NCBI GenBank assembly: GCA_944350495.1
Contig: CALVOZ010000006.1
Location: 12,648-76,647 of the forward strand
Length of the DNA: 64,000 nt
Reading direction: 5' to 3'
Origin: an uncultured Bacilli bacterium
Lineage (GTDB): Bacteria > Bacillota_I > Bacilli_A > RF39 > UBA660
Position 1 is the stretch's first letter. Every line of letters starts with the position of its first letter. The notes beneath the pieces are model-generated. The model made no database searches, was not told the origin of the DNA, and worked only from the letters and a program-made list of their open reading frames with translations. Positions 27,865 through 37,485 of this stretch are shown here, piece by piece. The position numbers and the translations under genes were made by a program.

Positions 27865-28323
27865 TTAAGAAACTTTATTATCACCATTATAATTGTCAAA
27901 GAAATCCTTAAAGTTATTACAATTATTTAATATTTCTTTAGTTTCTAATTGTAATTTTTGCTTTTCTAATTCTTTATATTTTTCAAATTCTAATTTAGAT
28001 TCTTGGAAAGTTTCTTCATTTAATCTTCTTTGTTTTTCATATTGTTTACGCATGCGATCAAACTTTTCTTTTTCTTGTTTTAACGTTTCTAGTTCAAGTT
28101 GTATCCTTTCATATGCTAAACTTTTTTCTATTTCAAATTTTTTTCTTTCTCTTTTTAGAAGTTCACGCTCAACATCTATATCCTTATCTTTTAATGGTTT
28201 TAATGTTTCTATATCTTCAACCATTGGTGCTTCTAAATCTTCATCCATTGGAGTTTCAATTGCATCTTCACCAAGGACAAGTGAGCTCTTCCATCTATTT
28301 ATTAACTCATCACGCATATACAC
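27865..28323 (-). CDS. hypothetical coiled-coil protein
   Basis: Acidic N-terminus followed by K/E/R-rich heptad repeats (ELLKRERKKFEIEKSLAYERIQLELETLKQEKEKF...). Confidence 0.45.
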   Translation of the reverse strand: MYMRDELINRWKSSLVLGEDAIETPMDEDLEAPMVEDIETLKPLKDKDIDVERELLKRERKKFEIEKSLAYERIQLELETLKQEKEKFDRMRKQYEKQRRLNEETFQESKLEFEKYKELEKQKLQLETKEILNNCNNFKDFFDNYNGDNKVS

Positions 28324-28383
28324 AACCTCTTTATTCTTTATACAACAATTATAACATACTTTTAAATTAAAACAAACAAATAT

Positions 28384-30537
28384 TTAAACATTTAAATCAT
28401 AGTCCAAATTAATATATCTATTCTTACGATATTTATCTTGAATAAATTTTAATAGTTCAATTAAGTCTTTAGTATTTTTATATTTAATCATTATTTGAAT
28501 ATAATATTTATTATTTATCTTAGGATTATTAGCCATACTTGGCCCTAAAACTATTGCATTACTTATTTTAGAAGAAATAAATCTTTGAATTTTATTACCT
28601 TCATCAATACATTTTTCATAATCTTTCCCAATAACTTTAATAATAGATAGATTATAAAATGGTGGATATTTTAATACTTTTCTAACATTCATTTCCTCTT
28701 GATAAAAGTTTTCATAATCATGGATACTGGCATTTATTATGCTATAGTGTTTTAAATTAAACCCTTGAATAATTACTTTACCTTTTTTAGAAGCCCTTCC
28801 AGCTCTCCCAGCTACTTGACTTAATAGAGAAAATGTTCTCTCAGCGCTTCTAAAATCTGGAATATTTAAACTTGCATCACCATTAATAACACCAACTAAA
28901 GTTACATCATTAAAATCAAGCCCTTTAGCAATCATTTGCGTTCCAAGTAGTAACTGATACTTTTTCTCTGCAAATTCTTTAATAATGCGGTCATGACTCC
29001 CTTTCTTAGTTGTCGTATCAATATCCATTCTAACCATTTTAGTATCAGGGAACATTTCTTTTAGGATTTCTTCTAATTTTTCAGTCCCCATCCCAAATTC
29101 ATTTATTTCTTTACTACCACATTCTGGACATAATAAAGGTTTTGGGCATTGATAATTACAGTAATGACATTTCATAATATTATTCTTTTTATGATAAATA
29201 AGAGGAATATCGCAGGCTGGACAAAGTAATTTATAACCGCACTCATGACAACTTACAGTTGTCGAATATCCACGCCTATTTAATAATAATATTGCCTGTT
29301 CATCATTATTGAAACAATTTTTTAATGCTTCTTTTAATTCTTTGGAAATTACTTTGTAACCATTTTTTATACTATCATGCATATCGACTAATTTGACAAT
29401 TGGAAGTGTATTATGAATTCTCTTTTTCATTGTTAATAATTCATAGACACCAGCCTTAGCTCTAGTATAACTTTCAATTGATGGTGTAGCACTACCAAAT
29501 ACAACTGGACAGTTATGATATTTGGCCCGATATAAAGCAATATCTAAAGCATTGTATTTAGGATTGCTATCTTGCTTATATGTAGACGTATGTTCTTCAT
29601 CGACAATAATAATCCCCAAATTAGTAAACGGCGCAAAAATCGCACTTCTAGCTCCAATCGCAATCTTAACTTCTTTTCGTTCAATTTTACGCCATTCATC
29701 ATATTTTTCACCATCACTTAACCGAGAATGTAAAATTGCTATTTTATTACCAAATCTTTTTCGAAAATTATTGACTAATTGTGGAGTTAAACTAATTTCA
29801 GGAACTAAAACAATTGCTTCTTTATCAGATGTAAGAACATTTTCAATTACTTGCATATATACTTCAGTCTTACCACTACCCGTCACGCCATATAGTAAAA
29901 AGGCTTTAAAAGTATCTTTATATTCAAGAATTCTCTTAATTGCAATTTCTTGTTCTTCACTTAATTTAATATTATTTTTAACTAATTCATTAAAAGTATT
30001 AAGGCGATATTCTTCAACCTCATAAACTTCAATAACTTTATTTTTGATTAAAGTATTAATTGATGATATAGAATAATCTTTTAAGTCGCTTTTTAAAACA
30101 TCTCCATTTTTTAAAATTGTAATTATTTCATTTTGTGATTTATTTTTTGCAACGTAATTGCTATTAATTAATCTTAAATAAGTAATATACTTTTTAGGAA
30201 CAGTAAATCCATGTTTAGCTTTTAAAGCGCTTGGTAGCATTGCCTGATAAGAAACTATTAAATTACATAATGTTTTTTTACTAATGTATTGTCCTAATTC
30301 TAAAAGTTCTTTATTTAAGATTGGATGGTCATCAATTACTTCTAGTATATCTTTAATTACAAAATCAACAATTCTATTTTCAACATTTAGAACGAACCCC
30401 TCTAATGTTTGTTTGCCAAAAGGCACAATTACTCTTTTACCAACTTCTACTTCATTAAGCAAATTATCCGGAATCGCATAAGTAAATGTTTGAATTATTT
30501 CTTTAGCTTTAAGTTCTACTAAAACATCTGCTACCAT
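28384..30537 (-). CDS. priA: primosomal protein N' (replication restart helicase PriA)
   Basis: GVTGSGKTEVY Walker A, DEEH box, and the CxxC zinc-finger cluster (CHECGYKLLCPACD...CHYCNYQ...CPECGS). Start set at MVADV with RBS AGGTGA. Confidence 0.85.
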   Translation of the reverse strand: MVADVLVELKAKEIIQTFTYAIPDNLLNEVEVGKRVIVPFGKQTLEGFVLNVENRIVDFVIKDILEVIDDHPILNKELLELGQYISKKTLCNLIVSYQAMLPSALKAKHGFTVPKKYITYLRLINSNYVAKNKSQNEIITILKNGDVLKSDLKDYSISSINTLIKNKVIEVYEVEEYRLNTFNELVKNNIKLSEEQEIAIKRILEYKDTFKAFLLYGVTGSGKTEVYMQVIENVLTSDKEAIVLVPEISLTPQLVNNFRKRFGNKIAILHSRLSDGEKYDEWRKIERKEVKIAIGARSAIFAPFTNLGIIIVDEEHTSTYKQDSNPKYNALDIALYRAKYHNCPVVFGSATPSIESYTRAKAGVYELLTMKKRIHNTLPIVKLVDMHDSIKNGYKVISKELKEALKNCFNNDEQAILLLNRRGYSTTVSCHECGYKLLCPACDIPLIYHKKNNIMKCHYCNYQCPKPLLCPECGSKEINEFGMGTEKLEEILKEMFPDTKMVRMDIDTTTKKGSHDRIIKEFAEKKYQLLLGTQMIAKGLDFNDVTLVGVINGDASLNIPDFRSAERTFSLLSQVAGRAGRASKKGKVIIQGFNLKHYSIINASIHDYENFYQEEMNVRKVLKYPPFYNLSIIKVIGKDYEKCIDEGNKIQRFISSKISNAIVLGPSMANNPKINNKYYIQIMIKYKNTKDLIELLKFIQDKYRKNRYINLDYDLNV

Positions 30538-30553
30538 AATATCACCTATCAAT

Positions 30554-30581
30554 ATTTTAGCACATTAATACTTTGTGTCAA
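30554..30581 (-). promoter_or_regulatory. putative priA promoter
   Basis: Minus strand TTGACA - 16 nt - TAAAAT. Confidence 0.4.
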
Positions 30582-30612
30582 ACAAAAAAAGATGCTTATT
30601 TTAAGCATCTAA
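30582..30612 (-). terminator. intrinsic terminator ending the hyp373-hyp320 transcription unit
   Basis: aaaaaaagatgcttattttaagcatct: AGATGCTTA/TAAGCATCT stem; overlaps the stop codon at 30596. Confidence 0.5.
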
Positions 30613-31558
30613 TTGCATCTTTTATTTGTTTTTGGTAATTATCTATACTTTTATTAAATATTGCTTGAATATTTTTTTCTTTATTTTGTTTTTTTGCATA
30701 GGATTCTTCAAACTTCTTATTAACCATCTTTTTAAATGTTTTATCATCTGTGCCGCCTTCAGCAACAATATTTTCAATTATCTTATCTAGAAAAGCATGA
30801 TAATATTCTTCATTAACATAACTTAAATTCATACTATTAAACAATTGATAGTTAACAAAAGCTGTATTCTTAGCTTTATTTTCTAATAATTCTTGACGCT
30901 TATCTTGAATTTTTTTATTGGATACAGTTTTTTGAACTAATAAATAATTTTCTAGAAAATCCCATAGTTCAAGCAATCTTTTAAAGTTAGGATCTTCCAT
31001 TATTACTGTTGAACGTTGAATTGGTGAAGATACTAATTTGATATCTTGTAATGAAATAAAAAACGGGTTAATTATAATACTACTTAAAACTTCTTGTAAT
31101 CTCTCAATTCTTTCAATAGCACTTAATCCATAAGCAGCTCCGTTCTTATTATCTTCTTTTTTACGCAAAATAATTTTTGTTTCAATCTCAACATCTTCTT
31201 GGGCTAAAACTACATTTGATTTAGTCTTAATAATACGTTCTCTAGGTAAGTTCATTCTTTTTAAAACTTCTTTATGCCTAGTTTCAAGAAATTGATTTAA
31301 TTTAATAATTAGAGAAATTAAAAAACGATTTTCATACAGTTTTTTAGAATCAGCTACATCTAATATCTCTTGATATGGATTTTCAACTGCATTTTTAAGA
31401 AACGGAATATATTTTTCAACAATGTCTATCCATGAAAAATCTAATTCTACTTCTCCTAAATTATTACTAGTTTGAATGCAAATGTCAATATTTTTTTCAA
31501 ATTCTAAATAATTATCTTCAGAAATAGATAATAAATAATCTAAAAATTCTTTATTCAC
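30596..31558 (-). CDS. hypothetical protein (320 aa), no recognisable domain
   Basis: ORF translation. 10-nt gap from the upstream gene suggests co-transcription. Confidence 0.45.
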   Translation of the reverse strand: MNKEFLDYLLSISEDNYLEFEKNIDICIQTSNNLGEVELDFSWIDIVEKYIPFLKNAVENPYQEILDVADSKKLYENRFLISLIIKLNQFLETRHKEVLKRMNLPRERIIKTKSNVVLAQEDVEIETKIILRKKEDNKNGAAYGLSAIERIERLQEVLSSIIINPFFISLQDIKLVSSPIQRSTVIMEDPNFKRLLELWDFLENYLLVQKTVSNKKIQDKRQELLENKAKNTAFVNYQLFNSMNLSYVNEEYYHAFLDKIIENIVAEGGTDDKTFKKMVNKKFEESYAKKQNKEKNIQAIFNKSIDNYQKQIKDAIRCLK

Positions 31559-31568
31559 ATTATCATCC

Positions 31569-32636
31569 CTAACTAATTATAAAGCTTATTCCTTTGGCAT
31601 TCCATATTTCTTGATATCCATCAAATAGTTCTAATAGTTGTTGAGATATAAATACATAATCAAAGTGATCAAAACTATGAACTTTAACCTTTAATGAATC
31701 AACTGCTGTAAGCGCTAAAGAAAAATTTTCATCTTTAATACTCTTAAGTACTTTACTAGAATTTAAAACATCCTTATGTTCAAACAAAATAACAATATTT
31801 TTCTTTAAAATAGTTGTCTTAAATATATCATCAATCATTTTACGATATTTTTGCTTTTCAAAAATTTCTAATGGTAATTTGATAAAATATTTATTTTCAT
31901 GATTACCAATCAAATAATCTTTTATAATTCTTATAACGGTTTGTTCTAAAAGGATAATAGCATGATTTAAAGTTATATTTTTATCGATAGCTAATTTAAT
32001 TTCTTTATCCGTATACTTTGATAATTGCTTAATATCATAGGTTAAGCTAATTTCATATTGTCTATGATATTCAGATATTCTTTTAATATTAATAGTGTAA
32101 TTTGTTGTATCAAATAATTTTAACGCTTTATGCCAACTATTGACACTTTTTTTAGCACTACTAATTAAATCTTGCTTTAAATTATTTAAATCATCATCAC
32201 TTTTTACTCTAATTTTGGAATTATATTTATTTATAAATTGTTCAATTACAATATCAATATTAGCATTATTATTTTTTAAAATACGTTCACTTAAATTAAC
32301 TGCTAAATAAATAACATTTGATAAAATTATAATAGTCGATTTATCTTTTTCAATCTTTTCTACTAAATTATTAACTTGATAAAATTTTATAGTCGATGTC
32401 ATCACTTCTTTTAAAATTATATCTTTAGAATTTTGTAAAGCAAAATATTTATTTAAATCAGTAAAATTTTGGCTTTTATTTAAATAAAAAACATTTGAGT
32501 AGATATCAATTATACTAGATAAAGTTTTATTTATTTTATTACGATTATTAACAGTATATCTAAAAAAAGTATTAGCATACTCTAAAATCATATTCTTCTT
32601 ATTTACAATAAAAACCGTAAAAATATCATTACCCAT
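31569..32636 (-). CDS. hypothetical protein (~355 aa), no recognisable domain
   Basis: Start set at MGNDIF, which has the RBS GAAAGTAGG. The ORF-track TTG start lies directly inside the terminator T-run. Confidence 0.45.
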   Translation of the reverse strand: MGNDIFTVFIVNKKNMILEYANTFFRYTVNNRNKINKTLSSIIDIYSNVFYLNKSQNFTDLNKYFALQNSKDIILKEVMTSTIKFYQVNNLVEKIEKDKSTIIILSNVIYLAVNLSERILKNNNANIDIVIEQFINKYNSKIRVKSDDDLNNLKQDLISSAKKSVNSWHKALKLFDTTNYTINIKRISEYHRQYEISLTYDIKQLSKYTDKEIKLAIDKNITLNHAIILLEQTVIRIIKDYLIGNHENKYFIKLPLEIFEKQKYRKMIDDIFKTTILKKNIVILFEHKDVLNSSKVLKSIKDENFSLALTAVDSLKVKVHSFDHFDYVFISQQLLELFDGYQEIWNAKGISFIIS

Positions 32637-32692
32637 ATAACGCCTACTTTCACTACTTAAAATAATATCATATTTAATATTTTTATACAATA

Positions 32693-32718
32693 AAAAAGGA
32701 TGTAAACATCCTTAAATT
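32693..32718 (-). terminator. intrinsic terminator directly after the pilin gene
   Basis: Minus strand aaggatg-uuuac-auccuuuuuu (plus strand aaaaaaggatgtaaacatcctt). Confidence 0.5.
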
Positions 32719-33185
32719 GTGTTAATTCTACTTTTACACTCACTTAAAGTAATATCTTCACCAATTATATATACATTAGTTTCAGTTCCAATTAATATAC
32801 CACAATATTTATCAGTGTAAATCCCAACGCTAACACTTCCTGAATTAGATACACTGCCCTTTCCCACTCCAGAAATATAACCAGATACCTCAATATCTCT
32901 TAAAAAGTTGCCATGTGCATCATATACCTCTAATTTTTTTGTCGTATTAGATGGAGTTTTACCACTATTATATCCCCCATAATAATAATCTACTGTAGAA
33001 TCAAAATTGTTATCACCATAATCTGTTTCAATTGATTTTTTAAGTCCGTTTAGACTTGACTTGAATGAAGAAATACGAGAATCTTCAATAACCCCAGTAA
33101 TAATCGGTGTCGATATGAGAGCTACAACCCCTAAAAGAACTATAACAGCTAATAATTCAACTAAAGTAAAACCTTTTTTATTCAT
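32712..33185 (-). CDS. type IV prepilin-like protein (N-terminal cleavage/methylation domain; pseudopilin/ComGC-like)
   Basis: MNKKGFTLVELLAVIVLLGVVALI: class-III signal with G|FTLVE (Phe+1, Glu+5) and a hydrophobic helix, then a Cys pair near the C-terminus (C...C). Confidence 0.75.
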   Translation of the reverse strand: MNKKGFTLVELLAVIVLLGVVALISTPIITGVIEDSRISSFKSSLNGLKKSIETDYGDNNFDSTVDYYYGGYNSGKTPSNTTKKLEVYDAHGNFLRDIEVSGYISGVGKGSVSNSGSVSVGIYTDKYCGILIGTETNVYIIGEDITLSECKSRINTI

Positions 33186-33210
33186 AATTGTCCTCCTATT
33201 ATCTAATACA

Positions 33211-33238
33211 ATTATATCACAAAAAGTTAATAATACAA
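33211..33238 (-). promoter_or_regulatory. putative dedicated promoter of the pilin gene
   Basis: Minus strand TTGTAT - 16 nt - TATAAT, then RBS AGGAGG. Confidence 0.4.
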
Positions 33239-33262
33239 TAAAAAGGAGTTATATACTCCTTT
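33232..33262 (-). terminator. intrinsic terminator after pheT
   Basis: aaaaaggagttatatactccttt: AAGGAGT/ACTCCTT stem plus T-run. Confidence 0.5.
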
Positions 33263-35657
33263 ATTTATTTCTAATTTGAGCCCCAATTTTAGTTTCAACA
33301 TCTTTAATAATCTTATTGAATAATTCCATTACTTCATTATCATTTAATGTTCTAGTTGAATCTGAGAAAGTAAGTGAGAAAGCAATGGATTTTTCATCGT
33401 TTCCAACATTTTCGCCAACATACACATCAAATATGTCTACTTTTGTTAATAATCTTCCACCAGATTTTTTAATTTGTTGTAACAATTCTCCAGCTGTAAC
33501 ATCTTTCTTAACAACAAAAGCCATATCTTTTGTAATCTCTGGATATTTAGATGCTTCTTTAAATTTAATAGGCTTAATTTGCTTATTATATAATTTAGTT
33601 AAAGAAATCTCGGACACATATATTTCATCTTTTTTATAAGATGGATGAACACGACCGATTATGCCAATGCATTCGCGATCTAATAATATTTTAGCACTCA
33701 TACCAGGATGCATTTCAGGTAGTTCAGCTACTTCAAATGCATATCTATTTTTATATCCTAAATAATCAAGTAAATTTTCAACTATTCCTTTAATCATATA
33801 AAAATCACATTTAGCAACAGTATGTTGCCATTCATTTATAATATAATTACCTTTCATTAGAATAGCAATCTTACTTTCTTCAGTATAATCAGCATCATAA
33901 GTTTTTGATATTTCGTATAATAATATGTCTTTAATATTACGAGCTTTATTATATTCATAAACGTTAATTAATGATGGCAAAATACTTGTTCTAACTACTG
34001 ACTTATCTACGCTCATTGGATTTGGTAATTTAACATTTTCTTTAGCATCATATTTAAACTTACTAGCCATTTCTTCACTTGTTAAAGTATAAGTTTTAGT
34101 TTCATTAAGCCCAAGAGAACGTAATCTTTTAGAAGCTTCTTTTCTAAGACGAATATCACCTACATATACTCCACGTCTAGTAGTTACTTTAGGTAATGTT
34201 GAAACTAAATTATGATATCCATATAATCTACCAATTTCTTCAGCAATATCGTTTACATTTGGGTCGATATCTAACCTACGATTTGGAATTGTAACTTTGA
34301 AAATTCCTTTAGTTAATTTATAAGGGAAATCTAATCTCCTTAACTCTACTTCAACATCATTGTCAGTTAAAACAATTCCTAATAATGTATTAACATCATC
34401 AGTAGTAAATTCAACAACTTTAGCAGTTTTATCTATTTTATCATGTTTAACTACATCTGATAGAATTGTTGCATCAGCATATTTTTCTAATAAATGACAT
34501 GCACGATTAAGAGCAGAATCTGTATATTCATAATTTAATCCTTTACCATATCTTATTGACGCTTCACTCTTTAAATCTAATCTTGCTGATGTATATCTAA
34601 TACTTACAGCATCGAAAATTGCACTTTCAATTAAAATATTTTTAGTAGAATCATCAACATCAGTATTTTCTCCACCCATGACACCAGCTATACAAATAGG
34701 TTTAACTCCATCAGTTATAACTATATCACGACTGTTTAATATCCTATTATTTCCATCTAAAGTTACGATTTCTTCGTTTTCTAACGCATTTCTAACAAGA
34801 ATTGTATCACCTAGTTTGTCTTTATCAAAGAAATGTAACGGTTGACCATACTCCAACATAACATAATTAGAAATATCTACTACATTATTAATTGGACGCA
34901 TACCAGCAGCAATTAATCTTTTCTTAATAAAATCAGGCGACTCTTTAATTGTTACATTTTTAACCATTTTACAAGTATAATATGGGCATTTATCAGTTTC
35001 AACAGTTAGCTTAATATTATCTTTAACTGATTCCTTATTTTCTTTATATGACTTATCAGGTTCAGTTACTGGCTTATTAATAATGCAACCAATTTCATAT
35101 GCAAATCCTAAATGATAATAACAATCATTATTACGATGTTTATGGACATCTAATTCATATAAAATATCATCTCGACCTAAATATGCATTAGCATCTGTGC
35201 CTACTTCAAGATTGCTAGTTACTTCTTCGATACCTTTATTATAATTTTCTTCAGTCTTTTCTTCAACACCTAATTCAAATAAAGCGCAAATCATACCATT
35301 AGATTCTTGACCACGAATTTTACCAGCCTTAATTTCAACATCACCTGGTAAAATACATCCTGGTAATGCAACAATTACTTTAATGCCTTTTCTAACATTA
35401 TGAGCCCCACAAACAATTTGAATAGTTTTATCTCCAACATCAACGTGACAAATATGCAAGTGATCACTATCTGGATGGTCAATACACTCTACAACTTTGC
35501 CAATTACTAAATTATCAATATGATTATCTACTACTTTTTCAACATTAACGCCTGCTTTAGTTATTTTTACGGCTAATTCTTTTAAATCTTCACCTTCTAA
35601 ATCAACGTAATCTTTAACCCAATTTAAGCTAATCATATTATACCTCCTTTCTATCAA
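33261..35657 (-). CDS. pheT: phenylalanine--tRNA ligase beta subunit
   Basis: 798 aa with the tRNA-binding, B3/B4, B5 and FDX-ACB domain order. Overlaps pheS. Confidence 0.9.
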   Translation of the reverse strand: MIERRYNMISLNWVKDYVDLEGEDLKELAVKITKAGVNVEKVVDNHIDNLVIGKVVECIDHPDSDHLHICHVDVGDKTIQIVCGAHNVRKGIKVIVALPGCILPGDVEIKAGKIRGQESNGMICALFELGVEEKTEENYNKGIEEVTSNLEVGTDANAYLGRDDILYELDVHKHRNNDCYYHLGFAYEIGCIINKPVTEPDKSYKENKESVKDNIKLTVETDKCPYYTCKMVKNVTIKESPDFIKKRLIAAGMRPINNVVDISNYVMLEYGQPLHFFDKDKLGDTILVRNALENEEIVTLDGNNRILNSRDIVITDGVKPICIAGVMGGENTDVDDSTKNILIESAIFDAVSIRYTSARLDLKSEASIRYGKGLNYEYTDSALNRACHLLEKYADATILSDVVKHDKIDKTAKVVEFTTDDVNTLLGIVLTDNDVEVELRRLDFPYKLTKGIFKVTIPNRRLDIDPNVNDIAEEIGRLYGYHNLVSTLPKVTTRRGVYVGDIRLRKEASKRLRSLGLNETKTYTLTSEEMASKFKYDAKENVKLPNPMSVDKSVVRTSILPSLINVYEYNKARNIKDILLYEISKTYDADYTEESKIAILMKGNYIINEWQHTVAKCDFYMIKGIVENLLDYLGYKNRYAFEVAELPEMHPGMSAKILLDRECIGIIGRVHPSYKKDEIYVSEISLTKLYNKQIKPIKFKEASKYPEITKDMAFVVKKDVTAGELLQQIKKSGGRLLTKVDIFDVYVGENVGNDEKSIAFSLTFSDSTRTLNDNEVMELFNKIIKDVETKIGAQIRNK

Positions 35658-36678
35658 ATCCTACAGATTCTCGTAAATCTGTTTGATAAAATGCTCTAAT
35701 ATCATTAATGCCATATTTCAACATAGCTAATCTTTCAGCTCCAAAACCGAAAGCAAATCCAGACCAAACATTTGGATCATAGCCACAATTTCTAAGTACA
35801 TTAGGATGAACCATACCTGCTCCACTTACTGTAATCCAACCGGTATTTTTACATAATGAGCATCCTTTACCTTTACATGCAAAACAAGAAATATCTGTTT
35901 CTACTGATGGTTCAGTAAATTGATAATAGCTTGGTCTAAATCTAGTTACACAATCTTCACCAAATAATTTTTTAGCAATTGTATCAAAAGTTCCCTTCAA
36001 ATCTGATAAACTGATATTTTTATCAATTAATAATCCTTCTATTTGCATAAATTGATGAGAATGGGTAGCATCATCAGCATCTCTTCGATACGTTTTGCCT
36101 GGGCAAATCATTCTAATAGGTTTATCACCACCAGCAGCTAGCATTGTTCTAGCTTGAACTGGTGAAGTTTGACTTCTAAGTAAAACTGTCTCATCTTCAA
36201 TATAAAATGTATCTTGTGCATCTCTAGCTGGATGACCTTTTGGAATATTTAATAGCTCAAAGTTATATTTGTCTTCTTCGATTTCAGGTCCATCGACAAC
36301 ATCATAACCCATAGACATAAACGTTTCTTCTACTTCTTCAATTAAATGCTCTAAAATATTAGGAGCACCCATTGGAACTTTAGTGCCTGATAAGCTTATA
36401 TCTATTTTTTCGTTAGCCAATTTTTCATTCAAAATTTTATTTTCAAGTTCAAATCTTTTAGTATCTATTAACTCAGTTGCTTCATTTTTTAACTTGTTTA
36501 ATTCAGCACCAAATATTTTCTTTTCTTCAACCGGTAAAGTTGCAATCATACTTGATAAAGCAGTAATACTACCCTTTTTACCTAAGTATTCTACTTTTAT
36601 ATCATTTAAATCATTTAAATTATCGACAGTAGATAATTTTTCTTTTAAACTATTTAAAATTTCTTCTCTATTTTCCAT
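35638..36678 (-). CDS. pheS: phenylalanine--tRNA ligase alpha subunit
   Basis: Class II aaRS motifs (HPARDAQDTFY..., FRPSYYQFTEPS, GAGMVHPNVL...GFAFGFGAERLAML). Confidence 0.9.
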   Translation of the reverse strand: MENREEILNSLKEKLSTVDNLNDLNDIKVEYLGKKGSITALSSMIATLPVEEKKIFGAELNKLKNEATELIDTKRFELENKILNEKLANEKIDISLSGTKVPMGAPNILEHLIEEVEETFMSMGYDVVDGPEIEEDKYNFELLNIPKGHPARDAQDTFYIEDETVLLRSQTSPVQARTMLAAGGDKPIRMICPGKTYRRDADDATHSHQFMQIEGLLIDKNISLSDLKGTFDTIAKKLFGEDCVTRFRPSYYQFTEPSVETDISCFACKGKGCSLCKNTGWITVSGAGMVHPNVLRNCGYDPNVWSGFAFGFGAERLAMLKYGINDIRAFYQTDLRESVGFDRKEV

Positions 36679-36689
36679 AAATCCTCCTT

Positions 36690-36950
36690 AAATATAAAAA
36701 AATCACATCCATATAAGGACGTGATTGACGTGGTACCACCTTAATTCACAATGTAAATTGCCTCAAGACTATAACGCGTCACCGTTATAAATTTTCTTTT
36801 ATAATGCTAGAAAGCGAATTCATAAATACTTCACACTTATTTTCACCAACCATAAGTTCTCTATCGATCCGTTAATTTATTACTACTCTTTCATCATCGC
36901 TTTGCGTTCAAAAACAAGTTAATTATAACACTCTTTTTACTTAATGTAAA
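36690..36950 (-). promoter_or_regulatory. T-box riboswitch leader of pheST
   Basis: Minus-strand AATTAAGGTGGTACCACG (T-box consensus AAnnAGGGTGGnACCGCG) at 36729-36746, immediately followed by a terminator hairpin (tcacgtcc...ggatgtga plus U-run) at ~36696-36728. Confidence 0.75.
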
Positions 36951-36960
36951 GAAATTTATA

Positions 36961-37485
36961 TTATAAATTACTTGTATACATTCCAATATTATTTTTCTCG
37001 TATCCTAAATTAGAACTTTTTCCATGTCCTGGACGAATTGTTATATCATCATCATACTTTTGAATTTTTGCTAAAGAATCTTTCATTGCTTTATTATCTC
37101 CGCCAGGAAAATCAGTACGGCCAATACTATTAAAAAATAAGAAATCTCCAGTAAACATTACTTTTTCATCTTCAAAATAAATTGTTATGCAATCTTCTTT
37201 ATGACCTGGAGTTTTAATCATTTCAAAGTTAAAAGTACTAATTGTATTCATTCCTTCATTTAAATTATAGTAATCATATATCTTATCAGCATCAAAAAAT
37301 TCTAAAGCGCCTACATGATCAGGATGATGATGAGTAATGATAACCCCTACTACTTCATTATCACCGATTACTTCTTTAATTTTTAAATATTCATCTGCTG
37401 GATCTATTATAATGACTTCATTATTTTTTTCTAATATATAACAGTTAGTTCTTAAATAACCAACTTTTAATGCATTAATATTCAT
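36961..37485 (-). CDS. MBL-fold metallo-hydrolase (small, glyoxalase II-like)
   Basis: ITHHHPDHVGAL motif. Start at MNINALKV. Confidence 0.65.
   Translation of the reverse strand: MNINALKVGYLRTNCYILEKNNEVIIIDPADEYLKIKEVIGDNEVVGVIITHHHPDHVGALEFFDADKIYDYYNLNEGMNTISTFNFEMIKTPGHKEDCITIYFEDEKVMFTGDFLFFNSIGRTDFPGGDNKAMKDSLAKIQKYDDDITIRPGHGKSSNLGYEKNNIGMYTSNL

Noticed and set aside
31569-32690. Possible degenerate EAL (c-di-GMP phosphodiesterase) domain in the ~355-aa unknown protein (segments LALTAVDS / FDHFDYVFISQQLL)
   Set aside because: Spacing between the putative EAL-like and DDFG-like segments is about 45 aa too short. The catalytic Glu/Asn/Asp positions are not recoverable, and the domain would be C-terminally truncated. 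The resemblance is probably fortuitous in Asn/Ile/Lys-rich sequence.
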